A stretch of 64,000 nt of DNA from the NCBI GenBank assembly GCA_951406725.2, contig OX597815.1:112344001-112408000 (forward strand). Reading direction: 5' to 3'. The notes beneath the pieces were generated by a model, which made no database searches, had not been told where the DNA came from, and saw only the letters and a list, made by a program, of their open reading frames with translations. This document shows positions 25,980 through 39,769 of this stretch, piece after piece. A program made the translations under genes and the position numbers. Position 1 is the stretch's first letter, and each line of letters starts with the position of its first letter. Origin of the DNA: Octopus vulgaris (lineage: Eukaryota).

Positions 25980-27960
25980 TGAAAGAAAGAAAAAAGGGGA
26001 ATATTGTGGAAAACTACCGTCCCAAAGCATGCCTAAACATAGTCTAGACGATACTCTCTGGAATATTGCGGCAAAGACATACACTTTCCTGGCACAGAAA
26101 TAAATACTACCAAGTGAACTAAGAGGATATAGAAAGAGTTCTCATCGATAAAACACTTTTGAGGCATTGTAAGAAACATTATACAAACATGTCTACGGCG
26201 TGGATTGATTTTAAGAAGGTATATGATATGATACCTCATTCTTGCATCGTTGAATGCCTGCAGATGTTTGATACTGCTGACAAAATCACAAATTTTCTGA
26301 TACATAACATGAAAGAGTGGAAATCCAAATTGTCCTCAAGTATTGTATTCCATGGAGTAGTTAATATTAAAAGAGGAATCCTCCAAGGAGTCTCCTTTTT
26401 TTAATTGCACTAATACCCATAACAATAACACTTAGCAAAGTTAAGACGGGTAACCCATGTGGGAAGAAAGACCCATCATTGAACCATCTTCTGTTCATTG
26501 ATGACTTGAAATTGTTAGAGAAATCTGAAAAACAGAAGTGTGGTAGGGATATCGGTATGGAATTTGGCATCACCAAATGCTCAGTACTTAATATGAAAAG
26601 AAGGAAGAAAGCAGTCTGCAGAGGATTGTTGTTACCAGCAGGAGAGACCATGGGTAAATCCGACGGTAGTAGGTATAGATATTTAGGGATTTTGGAGCTG
26701 GATGACATCCTACACAGAGAAATGAAAGTCAAGGTCAGCGAGGCGTATCAAAAATGGTGAAGATGGTGTTGAAATCTATCCTGAATGCCAAAAGTTTGAT
26801 TACTGCAATGAATATCTGGGCAGCTGAGGTGATCGGATATAGTACGTCCATCCTCAAATGGACTAAGGAGGAAATATAGAAGGACGAGAAAACTGATTAC
26901 GCTGCATGGTGCGCTACACCCTAAAGCAAAAGGAAACTAACTGTATATGAAAAGGAAGAATGGTGGCAAAGGACTAATTAGTATATACCATTGTATAAGG
27001 AGTGAAAGGAAAGCGCTTGCCGAATATTTGATAGTGATGAAGATCTGCTACAACATGCTGCGAAAAATATGGGTGTAAATGCAGATGAAATGATGGGCAC
27101 GTTTAACCAAGGAGCTGAGGAGAACAGAAAAGAAGTCCTTCTTGAAATGAGAATGCATTGACAGTTGGTAAGGAATACACAAAACGTTAAGGATAATACA
27201 GCATCGTGAGCGTGGCTTGAGCGAGGTGATTTGAACCGTACCAACGAAAGCCTGATCATTACTGCACAAGACTAGGCTCTCGCTACCAATTCAGTGAAGT
27301 ATAACATCTATAAAACATCTGACACCCGCAAATCCAGACACTCTGGCAAGATTGTGGAAAATGTGTCCCACTTGGTCAATAGATGTGAGTCTTGCACAAA
27401 AAGAATGCAAATGCTGCCACGATAAAGTGTGTGTGTTTATCTTCATTGGCTCTTATGCCATAAATACCAATGTGAAGTAACAGAGAACTGGTATGGCCAT
27501 GTACCAAATAAAGTTATGCAGGAGGATGGAAATGTAACGACACTCTGGGACTATGATTTTTCAGACGAATCGTGTAATCGAACACCGTCGGCCGGATATT
27601 TTCATATTGAATATGAGAAACAAATACTGTCAGATCATTGATGTAGCATACAAATGACATGAATGTTGTGAATAAAGAGGTTGAAACAATCACCAGGTAC
27701 CCCGAATAGAAAGTCGAAATGACAAGACTGTAAGGAATGCGAGAGGGTAATGTAAAAGAGATACCAGTGGTGATCGGAGCGTTAGGCTCAATCCCATTGA
27801 AACTTCAAAACTTCTTAACGCAACTGGAAATCCCATGCAATATTAATGTCACGCAAAAAGCAGCCTTATTAGGCACAGCTCACATCTGAGGTCCCTGTTG
27901 TGACTTGACAAACGACTTAAAGACTCCGGTGCATTTTAACCGACATTGTGTTACGAAGCA
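25980..27960 (+). mobile_element. R4/Dong LINE, 5'-truncated and decayed
   Basis: ENYRP; AWIDFKKVYDMIPHSCI; RGILQG; LNHLLFIDDLKLL; YRYLGILE; LHGALHPKA; RRPDI; QKAALLGTAHI; (AAT)n tail. Confidence 0.9.
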
Positions 27961-28060
27961 ATGATAATAATAATAATAATAATAATAATGATAATAATAA
28001 TAATTATTATTATTATTACTATTATTATTATCATCATCATTATTATTATTATTATTATTA

Positions 28061-28231
28061 TTCAGATCACTGCCTGGAATCAAACTCGGAATCTTGGGGT
28101 TAGTAGCCCGCGTTGTTAACCACTACGCCATATGCACTACGTCATACGCCCGTGGGCATATAGCGTAGTGGTTAAGAGCGCGGGCTACGAATCCCATTTT
28201 TTCCGAGTTAGATTCCAGGCATTGACCTGAA
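28061..28231. mobile_element. Head-to-head pair of short tRNA-like (SINE-type) units forming a palindrome
   Basis: 28061-28135 is the imperfect reverse complement of 28156-28231; each has A-box (tggcgtagtgg/tagcgtagtgg), B-box-like gagttngattcc and an (AAT) tail. Confidence 0.85.
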
Positions 28232-29372
28232 TAATAAAAAGAAGAACAAGAATAACAACAACAACAATAATAATAATAGTGATATTATTAATAACAATGG
28301 TACGAGTGAACATTTTCTGGTGAGATTTGTAATTCATTACATTTTCTGCAGTTTCTGCCTGTTAATAAATTTATCGATGCCGAAAGGATCCGACTGCAAT
28401 CATTCCTATCAGAATTTAGATTTATAACGTAAATGGATGCAGCGAAACAACGAAAATAATTTTCTTCGGTGTTCTGCACATACTGGCATTCCATCATCTT
28501 AATATTGAAGATACTTTTACCGAATTGTTACAAACATTTGAAAAAATAGTAATAACACAATCAATGAAACTTTACAAGCAATAATCTAAAAGGGGCAAAT
28601 AAATGCTACGGATTTAAATCATTTCCTGCCTGCTAAAATCGAATTAATTCCAGCAGTGATGAATGAATAGACACTGAGAGAAATTATAGGAAAGCAATCC
28701 AAAGGAATAGAGGTTGAGCAGGTAAACCTGTAGCACAGTGGAGGTTATTGAATGCCGAAAATAATATATTATCAAACAGAAATCTAAAACGAGAAAAACT
28801 ATTTCCTAAAGTAAAACATGTTGAATGTGTATAAGAATACAGCAGTGAAAAATGAATCAATTTCGCAATTCGAAAGTGATTGCACAAGACAAAATGAAGG
28901 ATATATCAAATCAAAAGCGCGTTTATTTTAGATGCATGAAGACAATCTACGGAATTCAATGAGAAAATATGGACCTTACAATAACCACGAGCACTTCAGA
29001 GATCAAAGAATTTTATAAAATAAGAAATGGTTACGAATCTTTCAAATGACATGAAAATAAGACTTGCTACGTAGGAGATATCGAAACAAAAACCTGAAAC
29101 TCACAAGAGTATCAAGACATTTTAATTGATGACGTCCATCAGGAAATAAGATTAATGTTTAGAAGATATACGATCCGGGCAAATACAATATTTCTTGTCG
29201 TGATACTTAACATCAATTCCATCTTGTAACAGCAAAAGTATTAAATCAAATGATTGGAAATCCGAGATATCTGGACATTAAAAGTGCCATTAATAAGTTG
29301 AAAAAATGAAAGGAAAAGCATTTGTAACTTTGTTCTTGCTACTTTTGTTTCTATATCATGTATTTTGTGCAG

Positions 29373-30095
29373 AATTGCCCAATTGTTTCAATCTTTCCAA
29401 GGGCCTAATGGTTGGCTAATATTGCGGTTTGTTACTGACAAGGTTATTTCTGTGCACAAGTACTGGGCATTTGCTCAAAAGTAACAGTTTATCGGTTTTC
29501 TTGCTCATGTGTATATATTTCGGCAAGTGTGATATGGTCATAGTGTAGTCTTAGTAGAGACACAGAGTACATTGCAGTGCGATCAAACTCGTACAAAATT
29601 TCACGTCTAAAACCGAGTTAAGAATCCCGAAGATGATAGCACTAACAGAAAGTTATTTTCACCCTCTTGGAAGGCTATCTCCTGTAATATAATTTCTTTA
29701 TTTATTATTTATAATAGCCAAACATTTCTCAAAACCCATTCTACAATATAGAACATATATTGCTGACAATTTTATAGTGATATAACTCATGGCTCTTGCA
29801 GGTAAGCAACTTATATGGATATATCAACCACGTGACATACTTCCTTGCAGTGGTGTTCCGTATGCAACTTTAGAAAAAGCACATATACGTATATATAATA
29901 TTGTGAGATTAAAACATCCTATCAACTAAGACTACCAAATGATTGTTTGACAAAACCCAGCCTCAACAGATGTTTAAAATATGAAAACAGTATGCGAGAG
30001 TGGTAACACCAAAATGTAAAAAGTTATAAACCATTTCAAAGTAACACTGTTTAGACGGGTTTTGATTAAGTGCTATATTCAAAGGATATGCATTC
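29373..30095 (+). pseudogene. Putative decayed sushi and EGF exons (29373-29600, ~29730-29801, 29970-30095)
   Basis: Acceptor ttttgtgcag then LPNCFNLSKG/PNG..KC/YGHSVVLVETQSTLQCDQT; THGSC|gtaagc donor; caacag|ATGTT..HCLDGF*LSA..QRIC. Confidence 0.42.
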
Positions 30096-31184
30096 AGCAC
30101 TCGACATCCTAAATGCAAACGATGTAGTAATTGGGAATTTAAAACGAAAACTAAAATTAGCCTAATCCAATGTAATATCTCTATCCACTTACCATGTCTA
30201 ATTCTATGAAACTGTTGCTCTAAAAAATACATTTGAATCGAGAAAATCATATACAAAAGATAACGTACAGTGGTATTTTTATGTTAAAGAATATTCTCTC
30301 TGGCCAGAAAGTTTTGAATCTTTAATAATTCTCAATTTTCAAACTTATTGCCATCTATTTCTGCCTAAAATATCTAGTAATAATAAAATAGCTTTTCTTC
30401 AGAAATTTACGAACATGTTTTTGTTACAAGAGCTTTCTAAGCCTAACGTGCTTAATAATATAGCAAAACGTATTCTGTGTATCATACTAAAGGTATACAC
30501 ACCGTTCTAAGGCAAGGCAACTGCTGTGAAATTATCTGAGACTAAAATCTTTTCATAGATTTGTTACGTTACAATATACACTGGAATCAAATAAACATCG
30601 TTGCTGCAGTTACTCAGAATAACGCCAGACGTGTTTCATCTTTCTCTTAGGTTTGTCAATACTGCGCTGTGGATTGTCACATGCTTAAACAAATGTCTAG
30701 CTTCGATATATTGAAAAAAGGGAGTAAAACATCTACTAGTAGTTTGGGAGCTAGTATTGTCGTAGAAAAACTCGGTGCAGACGATTGAAACAGCATTAAA
30801 TTGAAATCGCTGTGTATCACACTAAATGTAGGCACAACGTTAGAATGCTAATGCGAGTGAAGCTCCAAAAATACTACTATATATTTAATTCACTTATGCA
30901 CTTATTTCATATATATGTTTCATGTATATCCAGGCACGAACATCATCTAAGCAGGTGACAATTCAGTGCATGACATTGACAGGTGTGACGAAAACCGAAA
31001 CGCGACTGTGTAATCTTGCATCACTGCAGCGATGAGTTTTGTTTGATTCCGAAACATATTGTGGTTTTAGCATAACAAATCTATGAACAGATTTTATCTC
31101 CTAGAATTACACAGAATCATACATTCTAACGGTGTTTATACATATAGTATGATACATAAATGGCTATTTTAATTTAATCTATAA

Positions 31185-31312
31185 ATAGACCCAGGCGTGG
31201 CTGTGTGGTACGATGCTTGCTTCTCGATCACTTGGTTCCGGGTTCACTCTTACTGCTTGGAACCCTGACCAAATCTCCTTTACGAAGGCTTCAAGCCGAC
31301 CAAAACCTTGTG
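31185..31312 (+). mobile_element. CORE-type SINE head, decayed
   Basis: ggcgtggctgtgtggta..ggttccgggttcac; same family as 20530. Confidence 0.7.
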
Positions 31313-31460
31313 GCAAAAATCCTTACAATAATACTTCTCTATAATTAATCCTTTTACAGTTGCAATAGCAAAAATATATAAAAGTATTCCAAAACCATTG
31401 TAAAGTAGCCAGCATATTGCTTTACACTGGAAACATTAAATAACCATTATAATCTAAAAT

Positions 31461-31463
31461 TGT

Positions 31464-31532
<69 letters not shown>

Positions 31533-31540
31533 TGTGTGTG
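31461..31540. repeat. (TG)n flanked by a duplicated ~62-bp segment
   Basis: gtaaag.agcca.catattgcttta.actggaaacatta at 31400 and 31543. Confidence 0.85.
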
Positions 31541-31823
31541 CAGTAAAGAAGCCAACATATTGCTTTATACTGGAAACATTATATAAAAACCATTACGATC
31601 TGAAATAGTTTGGAATTATAAAGATATGAAAACAAGCTATAATTCACCAAGCAATACCACACAAGAAACAAGTCGTTTCATGTTTTCCATTTGCTTTTGT
31701 GTACATGACGAACAAAAAATTACATTAAACAATTAGCTGAAACTTGTTGAAAGACATGATGACTGTCTACATCTGTTACAATCATCATTTACAGCAAAAG
31801 TGCACACACAGACGCATATACCG

Positions 31824-32070
<247 letters not shown>

Positions 32071-32139
32071 ATATGAAAAGAATAGAGGCTTTTTTTATGA
32101 AAAGTAACGATAAATACATACAATTAGATGAACTGTGGT

Positions 32140-33835
32140 AGAATTAAGAGGAAAAAAATTCGTTATTATTAATTATTAAAGGGATTCAGTCATACCTTTT
32201 TCTTCAATTACTGTTCACTGGTTTTGAATGCGCACCGATTACCAAACAGTGATTGATCTACTAGTTCCTGAGTAAAAAGATTATGTATAAGGGAGGTAAG
32301 TAGTTATGGCTGTGGTGTAGTTAGGGTAGATAGAATACTGTAATATTAATTGTGTTTGATCTACTAGTCCCTGGGTGAAAAGTTTATGTTTAAGGGAGGT
32401 AAGTAGTTCTGGATGTGGTGTAGTTAGGGTAGATAGAATACTGTAATATGAATTGTGTATAGGATGTCCGGGGGTTAGTGGCATTATTGGTAAGTTAAGT
32501 AGTATTCTTTATTATGTTATGTGTTCATGTTAAGTTGTGGAGGGAAGCTACTGATGAAAGTTGCCTCTTTTTTCATTTTTTGCTGTGTTGAGGTGTTCTG
32601 TGAACATTGATAGAAGGGGAATATTAGAAAGTTAGTATTAAGGTTCCTAGCACACTTTTCTATGTTTTCACTGACCTGTATCTGTCTGTATTGTGAGTGG
32701 CGGATTTGTTCTTGGTGTAGAGTGGTTCTTCGACGGAGTGATAATCCTGTTTGTCCAATACATTGATTACCGCACTCTAGGCAGGTAATGGCATACATTA
32801 GGTTTTCCGAGGCACGGGTAAAATTTTATTTAATCTTAAATATTTCACCTTGTTTAAAGTGTAACTCCAAAAGGTAGTGGGGGTGCATTTGCCACAGTTA
32901 GGCCAAACGCATTTTTTCACTTTTGGTTCCATTGTTAATGGATATAGTCTTCCGTTGGTTAATATTTTTTCTACGATTTCGGTTGCATTTTACTCTTGAT
33001 AATTCTGTGTGAGCCTAAAATTTTGTTCATTATTTTATCTTCTCTGGTAATGGATAGATTTTGTATGATAATGTTGAAGGTTTCATTGTTTCTAGGGTTA
33101 TGTGTAAAGATATAAGGGACTATTTTAAAATCTGGTGTAGTATTTCGGTTAATTTCCCTTAATGTCCGTAAGCATATTTCCTTTGCTCGTTTAATCTCAT
33201 AATTTATTAATGATGTTGGGTAATGTCTCTTGATTAACATTGATCTGAATTCAGGGAGTCTTCGTTCACGGGTATTGGTGTCTGAAACTATGGTACAGAT
33301 TATTTTCGCTAGATTATAAGGTATATTAATTTTTATGTGTTTGGTTCGGCATGAGTTAAATAATAGGTATTGTTTTGAATCTGTAGGTTTATAGAAGATG
33401 TCTGTTTCGATGTGGTTGTTGACTATTTTAATTAGGATGTCAATAAAAGGGAATTGTTTGTTGCTGCGTTTCATGATGAATTGTATGTTGCTATTGATAT
33501 TGTTGAACATTATTTTGAAATTGAGGAGTTTGTCTATGCCATGTTTTCAAAGTAGAAGTCAATCATCTGAATACCTCTCCCAGTTCTCCTTTAATTAGCA
33601 ATGAAATAAAATGCCATATTTTAGTAGTGATGATTGGTATATTTTATGTTCTAGGTAACCCATTATAAGATTCGCAATCACTGAAGCAGGTCGGGTTCCC
33701 ATTGCTATTCCACATTTTTGTCGATAGTAAACTGTATGCAACATGAAATAGTTGTTCAGTAGGATGAATTTAAGTGCTGCGATTATGAATCTATGGTTGG
33801 TGCGTCCTAGGATCTCTTCTGCGTAATTTAGCATA
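32140..33835 (-). mobile_element. Penelope-like element (RT C-half + GIY-YIG endonuclease), decayed, with a ~103-bp tandem duplication (32253-32458) in the 3' region
   Basis: YYRQKCGIAMGT..ANLIMGYLE; WERYSDD; FPFIDILI..TDIFYKPTDSKQYL; MYAITCLECGNQCIGQTG..RRRTTLH. Confidence 0.9.
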
Positions 33836-36389
33836 GGCTAAAGCCATTGTACCTTCATTGTTATATTTGTGCACTGCTCCTACACCGTGATTGCTCGCAT
33901 ATGCAGTCAATATAGCATCCTACTTTGGATCAAAATGCTTTAACGATAAGTTCGATATTAAAATGTTTTAAATTTGTCTAATGCCTTTTGACACTTATCA
34001 GTCGAGCACCATTTTGCATTTTTCTTTAACAAATCATTTAGTGGTGCCCTTACATTGTGTATATTGGGAATGTAAATTTGATAGTAATTTACTAAATCCA
34101 ATCATGCTTGTATCATAGTCGCTTTATTCGGCGTGAGCATATTTTTCATCGTAGTTGCCCTGCATGGGTCTGGTTTCCGTCCATTTTTATCTACTATCTG
34201 GCTCAAGTATTTAGTTTATTTTTTTCAAAAAGAACTCGCATTTTCTTTCACTTAACTTTAAACCGTGCTCTCTTATATTTTCGAATACCCTTTATACTTG
34301 GTCTACATGTTGTTCGTGCGAATCGCTTTTTATTAGGATACCGTCTAAGTAGGCGATAGCAAAATCACAGTCACCTTGCATTGTATCTATTACTTGCTGA
34401 AATATGAGAGGAGCCACTTTTACACCCATGGAAAGCTGCTTAAATTTAAACAAGCTACGGTGTGAGCATTCTTTAGATATGTCTCCGTGGGGTATAATTT
34501 TGAAAAGAATTTTGGTCCGTTCAATTTTGCGAACACTTTCTCTGAACTCAGAAGTGTCTAGTTATGTGAGATTAAGCAATCATTGAACCCTGTTGAAAAA
34601 TCTGCACAAACACTTACCTTATTATTTGGCGTTTTTTTACCTAGACCGTAGCGCTTCCCAATCTGAATGGACCAACTTCTCGATTATTCCTAGACTTTCA
34701 AATCTTTCAAGTTCCTTATTGACCTGCCTTACTGTTGCGAACGGTAATTTCCGTTTTGCCTTAAGTACAGGTGTCTCACTTTGTTTTACTAAAATTTTTG
34801 CCTTCATTTTTGTGCAGCAGCCCAGTTCATCCCCAAAAAACATCTGGAAATGAATGTTTTAATTTTCGTTTTAGTCCCTCAGCCGCATTCTAACCTTCGA
34901 CTGAACCGACTATATTCACACACAAAACCCTTATGGGCGTATTTCAGTCTGTGCCGAATGGATTTACAGAATGTTTTAACACATATACTTTTGCCTTTTT
35001 CATTTGGTCACGAAATTTCACATTACACACAAATTCACCAACAAAATACAATTTCTTACCCGTAACATCCTGTGCTACTTTTGTAGAATTACTTAATTTT
35101 GGCTTACCGATATACTTCTAATTTTCTCTTTGTCACATTACCATTTTCTTTCAGCATCATCTTGTTTATTCCTTTTTCTTCGTTTCAACGTTTTGTCATC
35201 TTGGTCATAGAGAGCGCTTTTACGTTCCCAATTTTTCCTCAACGGAAGCATTCTGCTTTCTTAAATGGGTAGTTTTTTCTCGGGTATAGACTTCCATATG
35301 CAAAATATGGGTTTGATTCCTGATTTCTGTCCTGTTTGTACTGTATTTTAATACACGCTTGGTTTCTATTCTACCTGTTTCGCATTTTCTGTCGAACTTG
35401 TTTCACTTGGGAGCAATCTTTATGTTCATCTTTTTCTGTGTCGTCTCTTAAACTTACTATTCTTTCACACTTTTCTGACACTTATTGTAAGGTTACAGTT
35501 TGGTTTTGTTTCAGCTTAGTGAGAATTCCTGTTCATACTTTTGCATCTTTTTCTCTAGTAAGTCCATGAGTAAATATCAGGCACTTGGATATATCTAGCG
35601 TTAATTCGTCCAGTTTGAACTTTACGCGTTCTTTTAACAACATATGTAATGTAACCCTCCTCCTTGTTATTTTCTAGGTTCACACATTTCCAGTGTGTAT
35701 TGAACAACGAGTATATTCGCTAAAGATTTTAGACGATGTCTATTGTATTTTTGAAGTTTATGCCAGGAGATTTTTTCGGGAGTACGTAATTGCTGTATCA
35801 TTCATGTTCTCCTGTTGCCAGTTTCCTTAGAATTAGTTGCCTTTTCATATCGCCGTCCCAAACTTTGCTCTGTTTATTGAAGATCTGTTCGTATCTTCTA
35901 TAGTATGCCTCGAGGGTAACTCCTTCCTCTGGTTCATATTTAAATTCTGTTATTGAGTTTGCAACATTATCTGGCAAGAACATTTTTTCAGCATTTTTGA
36001 CGACTTACAATTTATTAATTGAAGCATTTGTAGTCGTAATAGTAATTATTACTGCTGTTGTTCTTGCAGTTGTTGTTGTTGCCCTTTTTTGCAACTCGAG
36101 CAAACCGGCCAAATTTTTTTCCATAATTTTACGATTTTGTTTAGTGTAACATTCACACAAAAATATTTTGTGAGTTTGTTTAATCCTCGCGAGTTCGTTA
36201 ATTCCTCGTCGGTACTGTTGCAATCTTCTGTCGAACTGTAATGAAGCCCACTCTGGTAAAATTAGACAAGACACGACAATATATTATCGACTACTCGACT
36301 GAAACTTCCTCGTCTTCCTACGTTACAGTATTTGTAGCGACTTGTCACAAGGGAGGGGCTGTTCCATCATTACTTTTATCCCTATAACA
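33836..36389 (-). mobile_element. Gypsy (Mag/K02A2.6-like) LTR retrotransposon, 5' half, decayed
   Basis: Gag: ANSITEFKYEPEEGVTLEAYYRRYEQIF..W; degenerate double knuckle; RT: RKLPFATVRQVNKELERFESLGIIE..SDW, LFKFKQLSMGVKVAPLIFQQ..AYLDGIL; truncated in RNase H. Confidence 0.88.
36204..36389 (-). mobile_element. Putative 5' LTR (36216-36389, TGT..ACA) with degenerate PBS
   Basis: Minus strand starts tgttataggg and ends gcaaca, followed by gtaccgacgagg (cf. TGGCGACGAG PBS of Mag-like elements). Confidence 0.6.
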
Positions 36390-36808
36390 GTAGTATTAGA
36401 TATGGATTCAGGAACTCGTATGGCAGACAGCTCCTCTACCACACTCGGCTAACGAAAAATATGATAATACGATACAGAGGTCTGTGTGTATACGTGTAGA
36501 CAGACAGACAAGCAGGCAGACATGCAGGCAGACAGGCAGGCAGGCAGAATAACAGACATACATACATACAGACAAACAGACAAACAGACAGACGTGAAAT
36601 GACAATAGTCAGACTCAAACTTTTTATTTAGATTTGACATTCTTAGATATGACATTCCAACGCTTCAAGATCATAAATATTGCTTTTCTTTTTAAATTAA
36701 ACAAATATAATGATGCATCGGTGTTTTAAAGATGCAATTTCCAAATGTATACTGTAAATGAAACACATTTTAGACAATTAAACGAAGTCGAATTATTCAG
36801 TAAATATA

Positions 36809-37013
36809 TTGGTTTCAAATTTTGAGAGAAGGCTATTAATTTTAGGAAGTGCGATAAGTGGATTACATCGGCCCCAGTATTTAACTGTTACTTATGTCAT
36901 CGACTGAAAAGCAAAGTCAACATTGGCAGAATTTGAACTTAAAACGTAAAGACGAATGAAATGCTGCTATGCATTTTGCCCGGCATGTTAACGGTTCCGT
37001 CAGCTCGGCGCCT
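36809..37013 (-). mobile_element. Meta-type SINE
   Basis: Minus strand aggcgccgagctgacggaaccgttaacatgccgggcaaaatgc..agttcaaattc. Confidence 0.8.
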
Positions 37014-37809
37014 TTATTTAGTAAATATATTATCTAAACTGATGGTTAGTATGGACACATTTTAGTAGCCGAAAGCAGTAAAATAATTATAACATGGTTT
37101 GTTTGAAGCAAATAAGGAAACAGTAGATAAAAATAAAATCAATGACGGGAAGAACCCAAATTGAGTTATTGAAAGTAAAGAATGGAACGTTCTTTTGAAT
37201 AATACATGACGATTCGTCTCAAACAAACGATAAACAATTTTCTACATAGACTAGTTATTATGAGGATATTATAGGGAGTAATAAATAAAAGTCACTTTTC
37301 ACTTCAAATTTCATCAACCTAATTTTTTTCTTTTTTTTTTTTTTTTGATTTTTGGGATGACGTAAGATGTTTACTTGGAGCCAAATACATTATGTTTTGC
37401 TGCGACTCAGCTTATAAATAATCGCCGTTCGAAACTGCAAATGGAATGTAATTGGAGAAAATAATTCGTGACATTTAGTTCAAAGTAATTTCCAGTATCT
37501 ATTAATAACACTAAAGGGAAAATTACTTTACTATTGCATTTAAAAAGTTTGGTTTTTGAATGGAAAGTGTATTATATGCCAATATATGTATACTTTTGTA
37601 AATATTGACGAGGTCTAGATGGTAGCAGACAAATTTAAAAATGAAAGGAAAATTCAAACCTAATTCTTGGGATCATTATTATGAAATTTTATTTACATCT
37701 GCAGCATAGAAAAGATGTGAATAATAAAAAATATCAACATATACCAAACACAATAACTAGAAGTGCAATACTCAAGATAACTACAACAGGATACTCATGA
37801 ATGAGCATA

Positions 37810-38002
37810 ATCGGCGTCATTCTATCTGCCGGAAATACTGCTGGGTTTCCCTTATATTACAGATTAATCATAGGATGTATTAGACAATGTAGCGCTATGC
37901 ACACACTCTACTAAAAAAGGTTCGGGATGGTCACGGCTGGATTTTTTATGATGATAGATTTACAAGATCATGGCTGATGAGAATTTACTAAACAGCACCA
38001 CC
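37810..38002 (+). mobile_element. Old SINE-like repeat (other copies near 43410-43590, 43680-43895, 51380-51495, 52100-52165)
   Basis: Shared degenerate blocks ggaaatac/agc..acaatgtag..gatggtca.ggctgg..gatca..ga(c)ct...ctaaacag. Confidence 0.45.
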
Positions 38003-38807
38003 AGAAAATAAGTAATTACACTGGTAGTTAACAGTCGAGATATTATTATCCTTGCTACACAGGCTTTTTGAATAATATATAGAAAACAAGAGAACAGAAT
38101 GCATTAAGATGTCCTACACTGCATAAATTAAAATGCAACAAGAGCATGGCATATTTGCAAAGTAGAAGTTAGAGTTCTGTAAAATGTCAACAAGATTTAG
38201 GTGAAAGATATAGCATCGTTTGCAAACAGTTGTCAATATACACAGAACAATCGAAATCTGAATCCATCTTACAAGATATCCTCAATAAAGATAAAAATAT
38301 AACTCGCTATGGCACCTATTTGAAACTTCAATAGTATAAGACAGGAATATATTTATAAAAATATGTAAAGATTCTTAAGTTGAAAAACTGTGTATAGATG
38401 ATAAAAATGAATGTGATGATAGTTAGTATGGAAAGTAACTGTTGCATTTGAGAGCTGAACAACTACATATGATATTGATATACTCTCAACAACTTTTTAT
38501 AAGTCCATTACTAGTCACTACATAAAAATAGAGAATTCCATGTTTATCAAATCCATATATTTGAGAAGTTTTGTACAAGCTTTAGAAATATGGTTATTAA
38601 CAGCAATACTGCAATGAAGTGATTTGACATTAACAAAACAAATACAAGGCAAAATATATTTGGACAAGAATCCACTTTGGATATTTGAAAGATAAAAGGA
38701 ATGTCAAGTGATTTGAACACCGGGTGTTGTAAACCAGAAGAAATAGAGCAAGACAAGATTCCCAAAACCTAATGATTTTCAAAATAAATAAGCAAATAAG
38801 AACAATG

Positions 38808-39025
38808 ATTCTTTCAAATATTGGCACAGGATCAGCAACTGTAGTGGAGTAATTTTATAGCATTGTCCCCAGTAGATGACTGGTACATATTTCATCAGCT
38901 ACGAAAGGATGAAATGCAAAGTTAGCCACAGTGAAAATTCAAAATCAGAACATAAAGAGCTAGAAAATATTGTAGAGTATTTTCTCTGATATGCAAACAT
39001 TCTACTAGTTTGTTGTCTTAATTAA

Positions 39026-39119
<94 letters not shown>

Positions 39120-39460
39120 GTAATATTATTATTCTACTGGAGGCACAAGGGTTCATATTTGGCGTGAGAGGACTAGTCGGTTGCATTGACTCCAGTGTTC
39201 ACTGGTACTTAATTTATTGATCCTCCAAAAGGATGAAAGGTAAAGTCGACCACGGTGGTATTTGAACTCATAACGTAGCGACAGGCGAAATACCGCTAAG
39301 CATTTCGTCCAGCTTGCTAACGATTCTGCCAGCTCGCCGACTTCATAATAATAATAATGGTTTCAAACTTTGCCTCGAGGGCAGCCATTTTGGGGGAGGG
39401 GACTAGTCAATTACATCAACCCCAGTGTTTCACACTGATACTTCATTTATCGACCCCGAC
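38808..39460 (-). mobile_element. Cluster of three Meta-type SINE copies (38808-39020, 39130-39340, 39359-39460) separated by (AAT)n
   Basis: aaaggatgaaaggtaaagtcgacc..tttgaactca..taccgctaagcatttcg..ctaacgattctgccagctcgcc. Confidence 0.85.
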
Positions 39461-39524
39461 TTCATAATAACAAAAATAATTGTAATATCTATACCCTGAT
39501 TCAGTATATCTTCATACAAGATCT

Positions 39525-39657
39525 CCATGTCACGCGCATATGGTTATGACACATGTGCCTGGTGTACTTTTATCAGATGGATAATTATAATGGGTATCTT
39601 GAGATTTGTATATTTGTACTCCAATGTCACTTAGATAGCATGCACTTCTCTCTCAAT
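39525..39657 (+). mobile_element. Diverged 3' part of the ~500-bp (AAT)-tailed element
   Basis: ccatgtcacgcgcatatggtt..tgtgcctggtgtac..tatcaga..atgcact..ctctcaatcaataat. Confidence 0.7.
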
Positions 39658-39715
39658 CAATAATAATAATATAAATAATAATAATGATGATGTTGATGAG
39701 GATGACGATGATGAC

Positions 39716-39769
<54 letters not shown>

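Noticed and set aside
28154-28231. Functional tRNA-Ser gene
   Set aside because: Poor acceptor stem, no long variable arm, (AAT) tail, and paired with a diverged inverted copy; SINE-like
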